Positions 23,558-36,701 of a stretch of DNA of 39,242 nt are shown piece by piece. Every line of letters starts with the position of its first letter. Position 1 is the stretch's first letter. The notes under the pieces were generated by a model, which did no database searches, was not told where the DNA came from, and saw only the letters and a list, made by a program, of their open reading frames with translations. The stretch is from Catajapyx aquilonaris. Lineage: Eukaryota. The translations under genes were made by a program, and so were the position numbers. The stretch spans positions 1 through 39,242 of the forward strand of contig JYFJ02003645.1 in assembly GCA_000934665.2 (NCBI GenBank), in the 5' to 3' direction.

Positions 23558-23600
23558 TACAGGGTGTTTCGTAATGATTCAGACAAAAGTGTTACAAAAC
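23558..23600 (+). mobile_element. Solo Tc1/mariner-type terminus TA-CAGGGTGTTTC
   Basis: tacagggtgtttcgtaatga. Similar isolated ends occur at 7678-7686 (+), 25339-25347 (-) and 30671-30679 (-). No matching partner TIR found. Confidence 0.4.
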
Positions 23601-26135
23601 TTATGTAAACAAAATAAATGTGAATTAATCGAGTGATAGCCTGATGCCCAGGGGCTGGATGTAAAATTTTGCTGAAGTTATTGCTGAACAAAATGTGGCG
23701 TCGGCTATAGCTGTCGATGACGTTATGCACGCCTCGCCGTATATTTTGCAAATTTCCACCATGCCAAACACTGTTAGACTTTCCCAGGCCGGCCTCATTA
23801 ACGAGCGCATATTTTTAACAGGCAATATATTGAACACTTTTTTTCCGCTCCGAATTGTGATAATATACACAAGACCCAGCATGCAATGTTGAAAATTGCT
23901 CGAACTAATCAACGAAATACTTAAAAAGCATTGTTGCCATCAAAAGGTTTTCAGGCGATTTTTCGTGCAATTATAGTTGTTAATTTTAATGACGTGTTAC
24001 TATTTTTCCATCCCCCCCCCCTTTTTTACCGTTGATGTAAAGTGATGGGATGTGTCACAACAGCGCCTAGGGTGGTAGTTCCAGCACAACATGTGACATT
24101 GCGGAAGTAAACTGTTCTGCAAAAATATTTTCGCACATGATTCATTTAGCGCGAGATGGAATATTTACTCTTGTATACGAGTTGCAAATTTTTTTTCTTT
24201 GGCCGAACAATAGTGCGAATGTTCCCAGCCGGAGAGCGCATCTCTGTGCAAAAATCTTTTGCTTGAAAAAAAAAGAAGTGTGGGTGGTCATGCAGGGAAA
24301 TAAATTATCTCCCAAAACTCCTTCTGTAAGTCTTAAGTGTGGCGGCGTGGGTGCAAACTTTTTACTGCCTCTCGTAAACAACATTTTCTTTCACTGCAAA
24401 CCCCCCCCCCCCTCTGCTATCTGGAGCTCAGTACATTGGAAAAGGGTGGCAGAAGAAACCCCCCTCCCCCCCCCCTCCCTTCTTTTTGCCAAAAAAAAAG
24501 TGTGCAGAAAATCAGGAGGAGCGTGGGATCCGTGCATTACGAGTTGCTTCTTGGGCTTCGTGCAGGGAAAACTCTTTTCCTTTGTGCCAACCAGGCGAAA
24601 CTTTCTCATTTCGGAGCCTCGTCGAGGCTCTACTTGCCCCCAGGGGGTGCTCAAGGTCCAGCCCCCCCTTCCTCCTCCTCCTTCTCCCCCTTTCTTCTAT
24701 TCCTCTTCCTTCCTTCTTCTTTTCTTATATAACCTCTCCTCAGTTTCCTTTCATCAGTTGGAAGTTGTCCTCAGACTATCGCAGACCAGAATATGTCCCT
24801 AGCTTTAATTGGACTCGCAACTTGCATTACCAAGTATGCCTGGCTGCCCTCCCCTTGGACCTCCCCAAAGACGTGGTCAATCTTTTTCTCAAGTTTCTGA
24901 CCTTTCTTTTTTTTCTATCTCCAGGTCTCTCTCTAGGGGGGTCGTTATTTCTACGACTGGCTCAGTCTGAAGATATTGAAGAGAAAAAGGCGAAATGGTG
25001 GGGGGGTCTGGAGGATAAGGTGGGGGGGGGGAGATCAATAGGGTGGGGGGCAGGAAGAACAAAAAAAATCTGTCCCATTGCATTCTGCTGATGTCCAGTG
25101 CATCGGAGGCATCCAGGGAATTTTAAGTTAATATCGCGAAATTGACTTTGGAATAGAGATACTCAATGGCTACGGGAGGTCTGTCTCTATACGTATAGTA
25201 TATCGACACAGGATGGTACAGTACATTGCTGGAGTCTCCAGTTGTTCATTCCTGTAGCCAGTTTCATGAAAAAAAAATCATTTTCGCTGTTAACCCTTCC
25301 AATTATTTGTAACATCTGAGCTGTGGACTTCGGTGCATCACCCTGTACATAATTTGAAGGGGGCAATATATCGTTTCGCTGCGACTGAGCTTTAAAAAGA
25401 AGGAGACGAGGCGATCTAACGAACTGAAAATCAGTTTTTAAGGATGCGATTTTTGAGATTTTTTTTTTCCTCTTGCTTGAGAGCGGCACATGGCAATCTC
25501 CTTGACGCAAAAGCTTATTGTATGGAAAGCGAGTTTTGTGAGACTTGAAAGACCTTCTTCCCTCGTTTTTTCTTGATCCTTGAGAGGCAAATGCTTCCTG
25601 TGATCTTTTGCTGATATAGCGTGCTTATGAGGGTGACAATAGCTTTAAATCTCTATTCAACCTGTTTGCTCGTCTGAGTCTGAACTGAATCAACCACATT
25701 GTCTAATTAGTTACAAAGCGTATATCTTACGTAGTTACGCAAAGAAACACGAGGTTTAACTGATAAATTAAGAACATTTTCTGGAATTCCTGTAATGTAA
25801 CCACACCGAATTCTGAATATTTGGACAGTACCCCACCGGGGCCTATATAGAGAAACTTGGCAAGAAATCCGCACAAGTTAGTACCCGTATTAAACTAGTT
25901 AGTCGCGATGAAGTCCCAATTGTTCAAACACCCGGTAATTTCAATATTGTGGTCGAGATACACAGCATCCATGTCCTAAACTCCGCAGCTTTGAACTTTT
26001 GCATCCGGAAAGTCTTGGGATGTGGATTTTAGCAGAGAGAGAGGTAACAGTTTGTCTCAGATTTTATACATACAACGTGAGGTGAATTAAGCCTCTTGGC
26101 AAGTTACACCATGGAAGTAGACCACTGCACACAAT

Positions 26136-26210
26136 CCCTGTTGCTCTTGGGATATCGACTAAGCATCCCCAGCTGGGGGATTTGGGTTCAAGTTCCAAGA
26201 GGCGCAACTT
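26136..26210 (+). mobile_element. Possible decayed tRNA-derived SINE head
   Basis: B-box-like GGTTCAAGTTCC (26185-26196) with a weak A-box-like ttgctcttgg about 45 nt upstream. A cloverleaf cannot be completed. Confidence 0.2.
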
Positions 26211-27728
26211 TGATGCGGCTTACTAGCTATGTGCGGGGCCCTTGTCTTCTTTCCTTTTTATGGCCAATCCTTGTCTTTGTGGATATTTCGCGTTAGAGAT
26301 GTATATATAGTAACGGATAATTTTCAAGGGAGAGGGGATGCCTTTGAAAATTACAGGGGGGGCTGTTATACGACTTGACTCATTTAACATCAAACAGAAA
26401 TGTCTGACTCCGCTGTCATTAGCAAGTGAAACGCACCTTTTCAAGTAATGAGTTAAAAAATGCGCGTTGCATATATTGCTTGCCTTCTGATATCCTTTCA
26501 TGCGAGAGAGAGAGATGTAACGAGAATATTTGAAGTCGGCCTGCTGGGAGGCATTTCAGCACAGAGAAATAAGTCTGGATCCGCTGTGAACCTAGAGAAA
26601 TCCATAGTAATCCTAGACATTCCGCATGGGGGTTAGCAGAATTGGGAAGGAACCAGAAAACCAGCCGGGATAATCCGGAGAGAATCAACACTCTAATGCA
26701 TCTTGAGTGAATTTCAACTCCCAAATAAGTGCAACAGAAATCAACTTGAACAATTTTCGAAGAAAAAAAAATTACATGCTTATGAGCTTGAATAAATTGG
26801 ATTCAAATATGGAGTGAAATATTATTGACCTGCCTAAAAATCAATTTGAGGAAGATATGAATTTTTGCCTTTTAATTCTCGCCGACACAGTTTCAACTAG
26901 ATGCTTCAGTGAAAACTTGTTTAACCAAAAATGAGTGCATTATGATTCCAAAAATATTTACGACACACTTGTCACCTTGGGAGCCAAATAAATATTTTGG
27001 CAAGACAAGCCAGAGAAAACGAGCAAAAACTAGAGAAAATCTGGAGGAATCCAACTGCTATTGGCTGGATCCAAGATGCCCATTTCCCTCAACTCTGTCG
27101 AGTGATTTCTCCCTGGGTAATAGGGTAAGGAACCGACAGCTTTGGGTTGTACTGCATTTGAGCGGTAAAAAGGGGGCCGCTTTTGGTGAAGTTTCCTTGT
27201 GGGACAAGTAATCCGAAAGTGTTTTCCAACAAAGTAATTTGCCAAAACATGATTGATGAAAGCTGAAAGCCCCCCCCCTCCCCTACTCCTCTTTTCGCAG
27301 TGGGTAAATTTGTTAGGCCCAGGCAGTAAATCAAAAGCAGGGAAAAGCGAGGAAGGCTGCAAATCCGGCCAGCATTTTTTCTTTCTTTTTTTACTTCTTC
27401 TTTCAAGCGCCCCAGGAGGAAGAAGCGTAGAGGTCACCAAACCTTTCCTTGGCCCTCGGAATTCAATTTGGCCCATGGGCCCATCAGCAGGCACGGGGAT
27501 GGGAAACTTCGCAAAGGTCTCGAGGGCCGTTTGGACCAGGGTTGGAGGAGAAAAAAAGGAGGAAAGGGCTAGCAAAGTTGGCGTAAACGAGCCGGGATTT
27601 ACCCCTCTTCACTTGAAAAAAAAATTTGCACAAAAATTTGCACATGTCCACCATATATGTTCCTAAAAACTGATAATAGGAAGTTCACAAAATTGTGAAT
27701 TGCAATCTGATTTTTTTGCAGTTTGGAT

Positions 27729-28271
27729 ACCTAACCTAAACTATCCCTTAACCAGCCCTAACCTAACCTAATCCTTACCAGCCCTATAACATAACCAAAC
27801 ACCAATCTTACTGACCTAATCTAACCTAACCTAACCCTTAAACAGCCCTAACCTAACTAACCCAACTCTTAAACAGCCCTAGCCTAACCTAACACCAACC
27901 ACTAACCTAACCCTTACCCAGCCATAAACTAACCTAACACCAATCTTACTGACCTAATCTAACCTAACCTAACCCTAAAACAGCCCTAACCTAACTAACC
28001 CAACTCTTAAACAGCCCTAGCCTAACCTAACACCAACCACTGACCTAACCTAACCTAACCTAACCCTTACCCAGCCTTAATCTAACCAAACACCAATCTT
28101 ACTGGCCTAATCTAACCTAACCTAACCCTTAAACAGCCCTAACCTAACTAACCCAACTCTTAAACAGCCCTAGCCTAACCTAACACCAACCACTGACCTA
28201 ACCTAACCTAACCTAACCCTTACCCAGCCATAATCCAACCTAACACCCACCACTGTCTAACCTAACCTAAC
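27729..28271 (+). repeat. CCTAA-derived minisatellite with a higher-order 138/153-bp period
   Basis: The unit acaccaatcttactg(a/g)cctaatctaacc...aaacagccc... starts at 27799, 27937, 28090 and (diverged) 28243. Confidence 0.9.
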
Positions 28272-29440
28272 ATTAGAAGCTAATACTTGATAACCACTAT
28301 TAATCCTAAGTGCTTAAAACGTGCCACACAAATCCAGGTTTGGCAGAAACAGCTCTATCAAACACCTCTCCAAAAGACTAGGATATTTGATCCCCACACT
28401 TCAAAGAACAGTCGAGAGTTCGGGGGAGTTCACTCTCGAATCTTTCTCTTCTTTCTTCTCCATTCTTTTTCGCAAAAAAAACTAGGCCTAGTCTGAGAAA
28501 GAGAGAGAGAGAGAGCTTCTGAATGGATAATAAATCCTGCGGCATAAACTGGGGGCTTGGGACAGGTCTCATGGTAAGCCAATACCTGGCGTCAAGATGG
28601 GGATATTACTCGTATTTCACGGGGACTCACTCTCGCTTTCCGATAACAAGCCTGATAGATTCCGCATTGCAAAAATGTTGGCTAGGCTATAGAAGGGCTT
28701 TCTTGGCTGTGTGTAAAGGAGACGTGTATTTTGCGCATCGCCTTTTTACTCTTCCCAGCAGCCTCTCGTTAATGCATGTTCAAGCCTGGGCCGTACATCA
28801 ATATTTTCGGTGCCGCAATGACGTCGTTAAAGTACTCATTTTAGCAAAGGGGATTGAACTTTGGCTCAACGGATTTATTAAAGGGACTTGCATTGATTTC
28901 ACGCTGGGACTGCCGCATAGCTCAATTTTTCTGGTTCGGTAATTATTGCAGGTAATTAATGAAGCTCCTTCCAACTGCTACACCTGACATGCCCATATAG
29001 CGCCCCGTCTGAACAGCTTCCGTTACGCGCAATAAAATCCATAGCCGTGAACGAGCCATGACATATGTCAGCGGTACCCGTTTGTCCACTTGTGAAACAT
29101 ACACACACACACATAGCGATGTGAGGGGTGACCGGAACGTATGTTGCTCCTCTATAATAAAGCAGAAGCAGATGACAGGCCCGGAAATAATCCGGATGGA
29201 AGCCTCGCCAATCGGATTACACTTTATGGGGCCAGGCTGCGGGGGTTGTTGCAACGAGGGGTAGGGTAGGTTAGAGACATGGGGGTGGGGGGTATAGGGC
29301 CTCCAATATTGCCAGGAATGCATTTTTAACGACGTCGGACCAACTATAAGTCGACCTTGTTTACGAGCTCTGCATACGCAACCCTAGAACCGTGCCTCTC
29401 TAAAAAAATTAAAACGAGACAAAACCTTTAAAAAAATGTA

Positions 29441-29514
29441 CAGTTGACTCCGGGTATAACAGACTTCAAGGGACCGAGGAGAAAAGTCTGTTATAACCTA
29501 GGTATGTTATAGAC
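29441..29514 (+). mobile_element. Left end of a Tigger/pogo-like non-autonomous element
   Basis: TA|cagttgactccgggtataacagacttcaagggaccgaggagaaaagtctgttataacc has a CAGT start after TA and an internal 12-bp inverted pair (tataacagactt/aagtctgttata) around gggacc. The right end was not found. Confidence 0.55.
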
Positions 29515-31153
29515 AAAAGCGCCACTTTTGCAACGACACACGTTTTATGCTTTCCATATCCTCCTCAGACCCCAGTACAAAATTCTGACTTAATTGTCGC
29601 AAGTAATTTTTAATTAATACTGGGCTGAGAGCTGGTAATTTGATTTTTTAAGGACCACCCCTTTTTTATAGCTATTATGCATGATTTGTGCTGAAATGTG
29701 TATGCTGTCCGATTCGCTGGCATGACCTGTCCGTAAACCGGTTGCTTTATTAAGCTCGTGACAAACAATAATTTAGAGCGGCGTAAACACTACACGCGGC
29801 GGCGCTCAAGTGCAATAGAAACTCCTCTTTTGACGGGAGCTGACACTGGGATTTGTGAAATTGTTTATAGGATTTTTTTACCATGTTGCCAGCTGAATTG
29901 TTCATGTTCCTCACGTTCCAACATTGTCCAACCCTGTTTCCTCAACATATTCTTACAGTCCTCCCCCCAACCTTTTACATTCCTCCATTTAAAATTCAAG
30001 TCCTCGCCACACTCGTGGTCCTGTCGATATAAAAAAAAAGTCTGGTGCGATGGTGGGGTCCATCTTGCTTTGGAGTATAGGCAAGTAGTTTGGAGCTTTT
30101 GGGACAGGCTCCAAAATCCTGGGGACCTCTCTCAGACCCCCTTGTGCATCCACTCATCTGCTCACATCCTGGTCAGGCACCAAACTTAATTATCAGCCAT
30201 TTCTGGTTTGGAGGCGCGGGCAGAATTCGCGATTGGGGCTGCCAGGATCCTGTTATAGACCCAAACTCCAAGCTCTCTCCCTCCTGTTGGCTCGCAGTTT
30301 GCTCATTTATGGGATTTTGGTGTGTTCGCCTGTAACGCTTTTTTTTTTGAGAAAGAGGAAGGAAGCTTCTTCTTTCTTTATTTTATTTTTTTTAAAGGGG
30401 GAGGAGCTTTCACGGTCAGCAATGGGGCGTCAAGAATTGATCGGATTTCCGGCTCGGAAAATCGATCTGGAGGCTGTAAATCCTTTGATTCAAAGACTGG
30501 GGAGCTTGTAGAGATCACTTGGTTGGGAAGGAAAGGGTTGGTGGATATACGGATGATTAATGTGCTGGAAAATATATATATATATATATTCACCCCAGTG
30601 ATTCACATGTCGCCAAGAAACTTCGGTCAAAAAAATACACCATCAGGATTTACCAGAAGTCTTTGTGACTCACCCTGTACATTGAATTCGAAATGGACAT
30701 CGCTGTCCGAAGCAGCCGAGTTAAGAAATTGATGAATATTTTTTTGGGGTTAGCCTCCAGTCCCTTTCAATTCCATCTGACTGGACTGGAGGATTTAAAA
30801 AATGGCTCCCAGTTGTTTTTATGACTGCTGCGGGGTGATTATGGTAATTCTGACTGGGATTTGCGCACACTATTTACTAATGTACCGGGGATGGACAGCT
30901 TCATAAATCAGCATTTCAATTTTAGAGAGGGGGTTAGAGTGCAGGGGGAGGTGACAGCTGGAGGTGGGGGGGGGGAAAGAGACATAAACCCGATTTGACG
31001 CAATTATTTCATGAGGCACGTTTGGCCTGGATATAATACAATATTTCTTACACTGAATATGCCCTCAAAATGTATCTTTTCATAAATTTCATCAATATTT
31101 AAATCGTTGTTCTTTGAAGGTGTTTCGGATAATTTTCTGGAGGTACCACACTG

Positions 31154-31229
31154 TACTAACTATTACTTTCTTATCTACTTGCAGGTATGTCCACACGATA
31201 GTCTACAGCTTTTGGTATATACGGTAGGT
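31154..31229 (+). promoter_or_regulatory. Candidate recursive splice site (ratchet point) with a 39-nt cryptic exon
   Basis: Branch point TACTAAC (31154-31160), AG-free pyrimidine tract, CAG (AG 31183-31184) immediately followed by donor GTATGT. A second donor CG|GTAGGT lies at 31224. Confidence 0.5.
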
Positions 31230-33530
31230 GTGCTACAGTTTCTCCCCCCAAGATTTTCATCAATAATTCATGGTAAATGTTTAATGCCTGGAGAAGCTGT
31301 ACGAGACCCTCGTATACACCGCCTGATAGAACACTTTATAGCCTTCTTTGCCAACGAGGCTCTGGACGGCCCTCCTTTTTTCTTCTTCCCCCGAAGCTTC
31401 TCCGATAAGGACCTGGTCTCACTTTTTTTTGCCCGGGGAGAGAAAAAAAAACCCCATACAATGTTATCGGAGGTTCTTTCACGATTTCGACTTACGACGT
31501 GAAATCTTGTCTGACGCCACATTTCATACCTTTTTAACGACGTGTAATTATATGAGCCATCAGCACAGCCTCACTCTTTCAAGCCAGAAGCTTCGATCCT
31601 TTTTTTGAGGGGGAGAGCCAAGGAGTGGTCAACCTCAGGTTGACAATTTTCTTCTTCTTCCAGAGTTAGGTGTATTTCCGGGCAGCCCTTCTTGAAAATG
31701 GCTTGTAGGTCTCCAGGGCGCTCTATTTTCTTATTGCGCCAAAATTGAGGAAGGGCCCTGGTCCTGCAATAATCCAGGGTCAAAAGAAACGGAGGGAATT
31801 TCAACCCACACCTCCGTTTTCATCATATATATTATTTTTTTCCTTTGAAAAAGTTGTAGGGGGGTGTTAGACGCAGAGGTCATTTTCTCTGGGTGACCAA
31901 AAGGGAAATGGAAGTCTGGAGACTTTATAGTGTGGGCGTGTGGTTATTTCGGACTGGAATTCATGAAGAGTTGGTGGAGCTCAATTCCAATACGAGACGC
32001 TATATATTATGTTGTAAATATTTTTAAACACTAATTTGCAGGAAAATTTGTATAGGCAGAACCGTGTTTAAAAGGAACATGTCAGCAACAATACTTGGCA
32101 GATACTCCAATTGTTTATGGCCAGCTTTGTGTGCCAGCAGCTTATTGGAAGAATGGTTTGTCCGAAACATCGCCTTAAGCTCTCTCTGATATCCTTGTTC
32201 CCTGCTTCACATATTCTTTTTTGGTTCAAAAACAGCGGTCTGCTTCTCTGCTGTTACATGGTGAGCGAGGCAGACTAGAGATAGAATATTGTTTTTTGGA
32301 GGAATGGAGAGGAAAAACTTGCTGGACGGCCAGAGAAAAACCTATATACCTCAGCCGGTATTTCCGTCTCTGTAGCAACAGAATTATTAGAATAGAATTT
32401 CCAGCAGGCTATGGCATAACGGAAAAGGATTACATTCCTCTAGTTCCTGCTGCTGCGTGATTACATTATTGATTTCCTCATACCACACACACGCATTTTC
32501 ATCATTACCAGTTTATCCTGATCACATATGTTCGCAGGGTGAGGGACTATCAAGATAACTGACTTGATTTGATTGCACAGCGTCACCTGATTCATTATGA
32601 GACAACCAGTATGCAACAGCAGAGCACTTGTACTTGTAATAATAGAAAGGGCCGCAGCGCAATTATGTCCACGCACAAGGCCCTCCATGGATTCTAATGA
32701 ATACAAATTCGGCTCCTCTGAAGGAGACTTGTTTCATTATGTTGTCTTTTAGTGGGGGTAGAGGGGGGGCTAGGGTAGTTTGAGCAGGCGGATGGAGGCG
32801 CCAAAGCGCGACACGTGCGGTTCATTTGAGGGGAAACGGCCGCAGAGCCAAATTTTGGGGGGCGAAAGGGGAGCAACGTATCCATCCATTGGTGGGAAAG
32901 ACATGAGAGCTGGCATTTATGGGGTTGTTCCGGAGGGAATTGTACCCTGCTACCAGCACCAGTCACGATGCTGCTGGCTGGCTGGCTGGCCTGGCCTCTG
33001 CAGGTACTTTGATAGCAGTTTTTTGCAGAGAAGCACTTTTCCTCGAGGAGACGAAAACAGACGCTCACCAATTATAGCAATGTAAAGTGATTCGTTATAA
33101 CAGTGATCTAACATTGCACCTGGCAGCGACACTGAAGCCAATCGCAAATTTAACCTGAACTGGAAGCCATCGCAAATTGCTTTTCTCCGAAAGGCGAGGA
33201 ATGTCTTAGATCGTAGTCCAAACGAATCGTGAAACACCGGTCCAGAGGCCATATCATTTGCATTTGCAACGTTTCCCAGGCAAGAGAAGAGGGGGGTCGA
33301 AATCCGGATTTGCCCGGAAAACTCGATGTTCTGGATGTGATGCTAGGGGGGGGGGGGGCCTTCTGCATACTCCCCGGATGCTCCTTTTACTCCCTATATC
33401 CCTCGACCCTACTCACTGTCTTGGGTTACACTGTAGCTCTTCTCATCTCCTGCGCTCATTAAATTTAATGCAGCCTATTCTGCCCTCGAGATAGCTCTCT
33501 GTTACCGGGGATATCATGTTGTCGCATTAA

Positions 33531-33665
33531 GGCCAAATGTACATGTGAGTTAATCTCACGTCCGCATTTTTTTTTTTCACTTGCTCGAAAAAAAAGGTCG
33601 TTTGCACATTAAGGGTTGGAGATTATCCGTTGCGAATGGAGAGGTCACGCTCGGCAGATGGGGCC
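33531..33665. mobile_element. Decayed short element with GGCC ends flanked by TTAA (PIF/Harbinger- or Kolobok-like MITE)
   Basis: ttaa|ggccaaatg ... catctgccga reverse-paired end gatggggcc|ttaa. TIR similarity is weak beyond the first few bases. Confidence 0.3.
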
Positions 33666-36600
33666 TTAAGCCTACTACGTGCAGATGTGACTGAATATAC
33701 GCATAGGTAGATCTAGCCTAATTGGACCAGTACTAGCGAAGAGAGTTTCATTTGCATTCTTGGACACTATCATCCAAAATGATTCAGCTCAAGAAAGTAC
33801 TGTTTTTTTGGTATAGTGTTAGCCAAAAAAAAAAAATGGTTCGAGCCTGATGGAAAATTCCTTTTCCCAGCAACAGTCGATGCCCTAACTCATGTCTCGA
33901 CCAGGGAGACTAGCGGTTGAAGTGAGGGAGCCTATAGTCCCTGTAATCCCCCGAAGAGCTGCACTTTCAGTATGCACTTGATTCAATTTTTGCGGCTGGG
34001 AGAAGAGAGAGAAGCTAGGCTGCCCAGTAAATGTGCGGGCAAAGTTAATGCGGCGGACCTGCTTGAGTGACGTGCTTATATGCAAAGCGGGAGATTTATA
34101 CCCGACACACACTGCTCTGACATCTTTTTTTCTCCCTATTAATAAAAAAAGGAGACGGAAAAATACAGTCCCATATTTTTTAAAAAGCTGTAGCTGACAG
34201 TGTCACCACTTCAAAAAATAAAATAAAAAGTTTCGGCAGCCATTTTTTGTTCAGGCGACGTCCGCGCCATCTGAGTTGATGTTAAGTGGACATTAATTCC
34301 GTCGTACAGCTAGCGACAATTTCCGATGCGGCAGAAGATCTAATTGATGGAGTGAGAAATATATTTTTTCTGAATAAATACTTCCAGCCCATATACAGAC
34401 TTGTGCAGAGGCATACGCTGCATGTATACGCTCCCTAATTAACCTGGGCTCTATCGTTTTCCTATGGGTAAAAAAAAAGCCAGTTTCCTTCTCAGCAGGC
34501 CAGGCGAAATGTCCTTTCCAGACACGCAGTATTCTCTAGAGAGTCTGCTGGGACACTATTGTTATGGGAACAGAATGCGTTTTTATTGCGGCCATTTCTG
34601 AGCCTCGTTCCATGAAAGAGAACTGCCGGCCTGATCGCCACTTAATCGCGGCTGGAAGTAAAAAGGGATTTAAACTGAAGTTAAATAAAACCTTTTCGGG
34701 GTTCATAATGAAGGTCTGCTGAGGAAGAGCTTTTGGACTAATAAATAGTATGAGAGGAGAAGCTCCTGTCAGGAAAATATTGCCAGCTTTGAATGCGCCT
34801 TTTGTTGTTAAGTAAATGGAAAGGAGTTGGGTGGAGGGAAAAAAGTGAGATAGATTTTTGGGTAATGCCTACTCTTTCTTTCTTTTTTGGGTTATCTCCT
34901 CACATAAACACTCCCGTCACGTGGGTGCTGAGCAGCCTGATGGAAATGGGTGACCTGTCGGCGATCCGACAGGTGCCTCATCCCTTATTCCGAGCCCCAA
35001 AGACACATGGAAGTGAGGGAGAGGGACATGGAAGGAATTCCTACCGTAATGTCCCGCAATATCTCACGCAGAGTATGTAGATCTGGACAATCTGTTTTCC
35101 CTACTAGAACTACTGGAGAAATCTCTCACATAGATGGCGCCACTACTGATGACTCACTGCGGATCCAAAGTTGCCACATTTGTGGGTGAAGAATCAGAAT
35201 TATTCTGCACTTATTTTCCTGCGAGCTGTGAAAAAGTAATAGTAATCTGCTTAATTATACTGCGGACAAAGTATGAGCGGAGGGAGTCGCTTTGTGGCTC
35301 CTTCCGGGAGGCTGAGCGTTTCGCTCGTAAAGTCAAGATGAACGCTCGGAGGTTGGGGGGTTGGGCTTGGCTGTCCCTCCCTCCACACCATCCCAACTGG
35401 GCTAAAATGGGGGGTCCTCCCCATCTGAAATATTATTACTATAATCCGAGTGCGACGGGGGATTCTAGGCCAGAAAACGCTTTTGTAATTGTCACCCGGA
35501 AGAGGTGAGGATAATGATGTCGTTATCTGATTAAGCGGTTCCGGAGCGTTACTAATTAATAATCGGGAGTCATTTTCATGTAGGAAGGGGGACCTCCTAA
35601 CTTTTCAGCAGGGTCAAGTTGAGTTGGGTAGGTCAACTGCAGATCCAAACCGAAAATTGTGCCAACCATTAATTAACTCATAACCAAGCCATAAACTAAC
35701 TTCATCCCATAAACCAGGTCAACATTTTGCAATAACGACGAATTATGATGCAAACTTTTTTCTCGTATTTTTTAAGTAAGATTTTGCTATGGCTTGCATA
35801 TTCATTTATTTTCTTCTTCTCCAGCGAGTTTTTCCAGCACATTTTTTTTTCTGTGCCTCCTTAGTGGAGACGGACGGAGGAAGTGCTTCCGGGAAAGGAA
35901 GTCAAGCGATTAAGCAAAGGGGAATGGGGATGAGCCAGCTGAATCTGGGGAGGAAAGGAAAAGTGGTGTATCGAACCGACAACTTCATTTAAGATCTTCT
36001 CTCTCTCTCTCTCTTTCTAAGCGAAAAAAAGTCTTCCTAGAAGCTGTTTTTCTAGTTCATACTCCATGGCCCCCTAATGTTATGAATTCCGGAGCTCTCG
36101 GTTAGGAGTGAAAACAGGGATGGGGGTAGACTCTGAGAGATTTTTGCAGCGAAGAGACAACGTCGACGAAGCGTGATGGATAGAAACGAAGAGAAACTCT
36201 CATTATTTTTGCACCAAGTACCAGCACTGGTTGTGCTGGGAATTTTTTTTGTTTTGTTTCGTCCGGTACTCATTTATCAAAAGTTGGGATGTAAGGGAGT
36301 AATCCTGTGGGTAACAAAATAGGATTTTATTACTCTCGGTTTATCACTTTTTTTTTCTTCGAAACGTTGTTTCATGCAGGTAAATGTGGAGTTATGGATG
36401 CTTGCTGTAATTGTGTTTGGAGCTCGGTGCAATGTTGGGAACTTTTGCAGGCGTCATTTTTTTGTGTGTGTGTGAAAACCTGCGCTTTGCATGAAGTTGT
36501 GCAATTTTTTTCTATCTGGAAGCGTCCTGATTGGTAAAAAAGCGTTGCACCGATCATGTGGGTGAGTAGTAAACATGGGCGTGCAAACAAGACGGGAATG

Positions 36601-36701
36601 GACTGGGCGAGGAACAGAACACAATTTTTTGTCTTTGTTTGTGTGTAAATTCTCTGAGAAGATAGCAACTGGCCATATTCACCAGCATGAAATCAAATGT
36701 A

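Noticed and set aside
24137..25091. Longest ORFs (221 aa and 201 aa)
   Set aside because: They run through homopolymers and a (CCT/CTT)n pyrimidine tract. The translations are low-complexity with no domain, so the frames are open through lack of stop-forming bases.
26136..26210. Functional tRNA gene
   Set aside because: Only a B-box-like motif is present. No complete acceptor stem or anticodon arm.
28523..29323. Possible decayed LINE or transposase coding remnant
   Set aside because: No RT, endonuclease or DDE motifs in the frames I translated.
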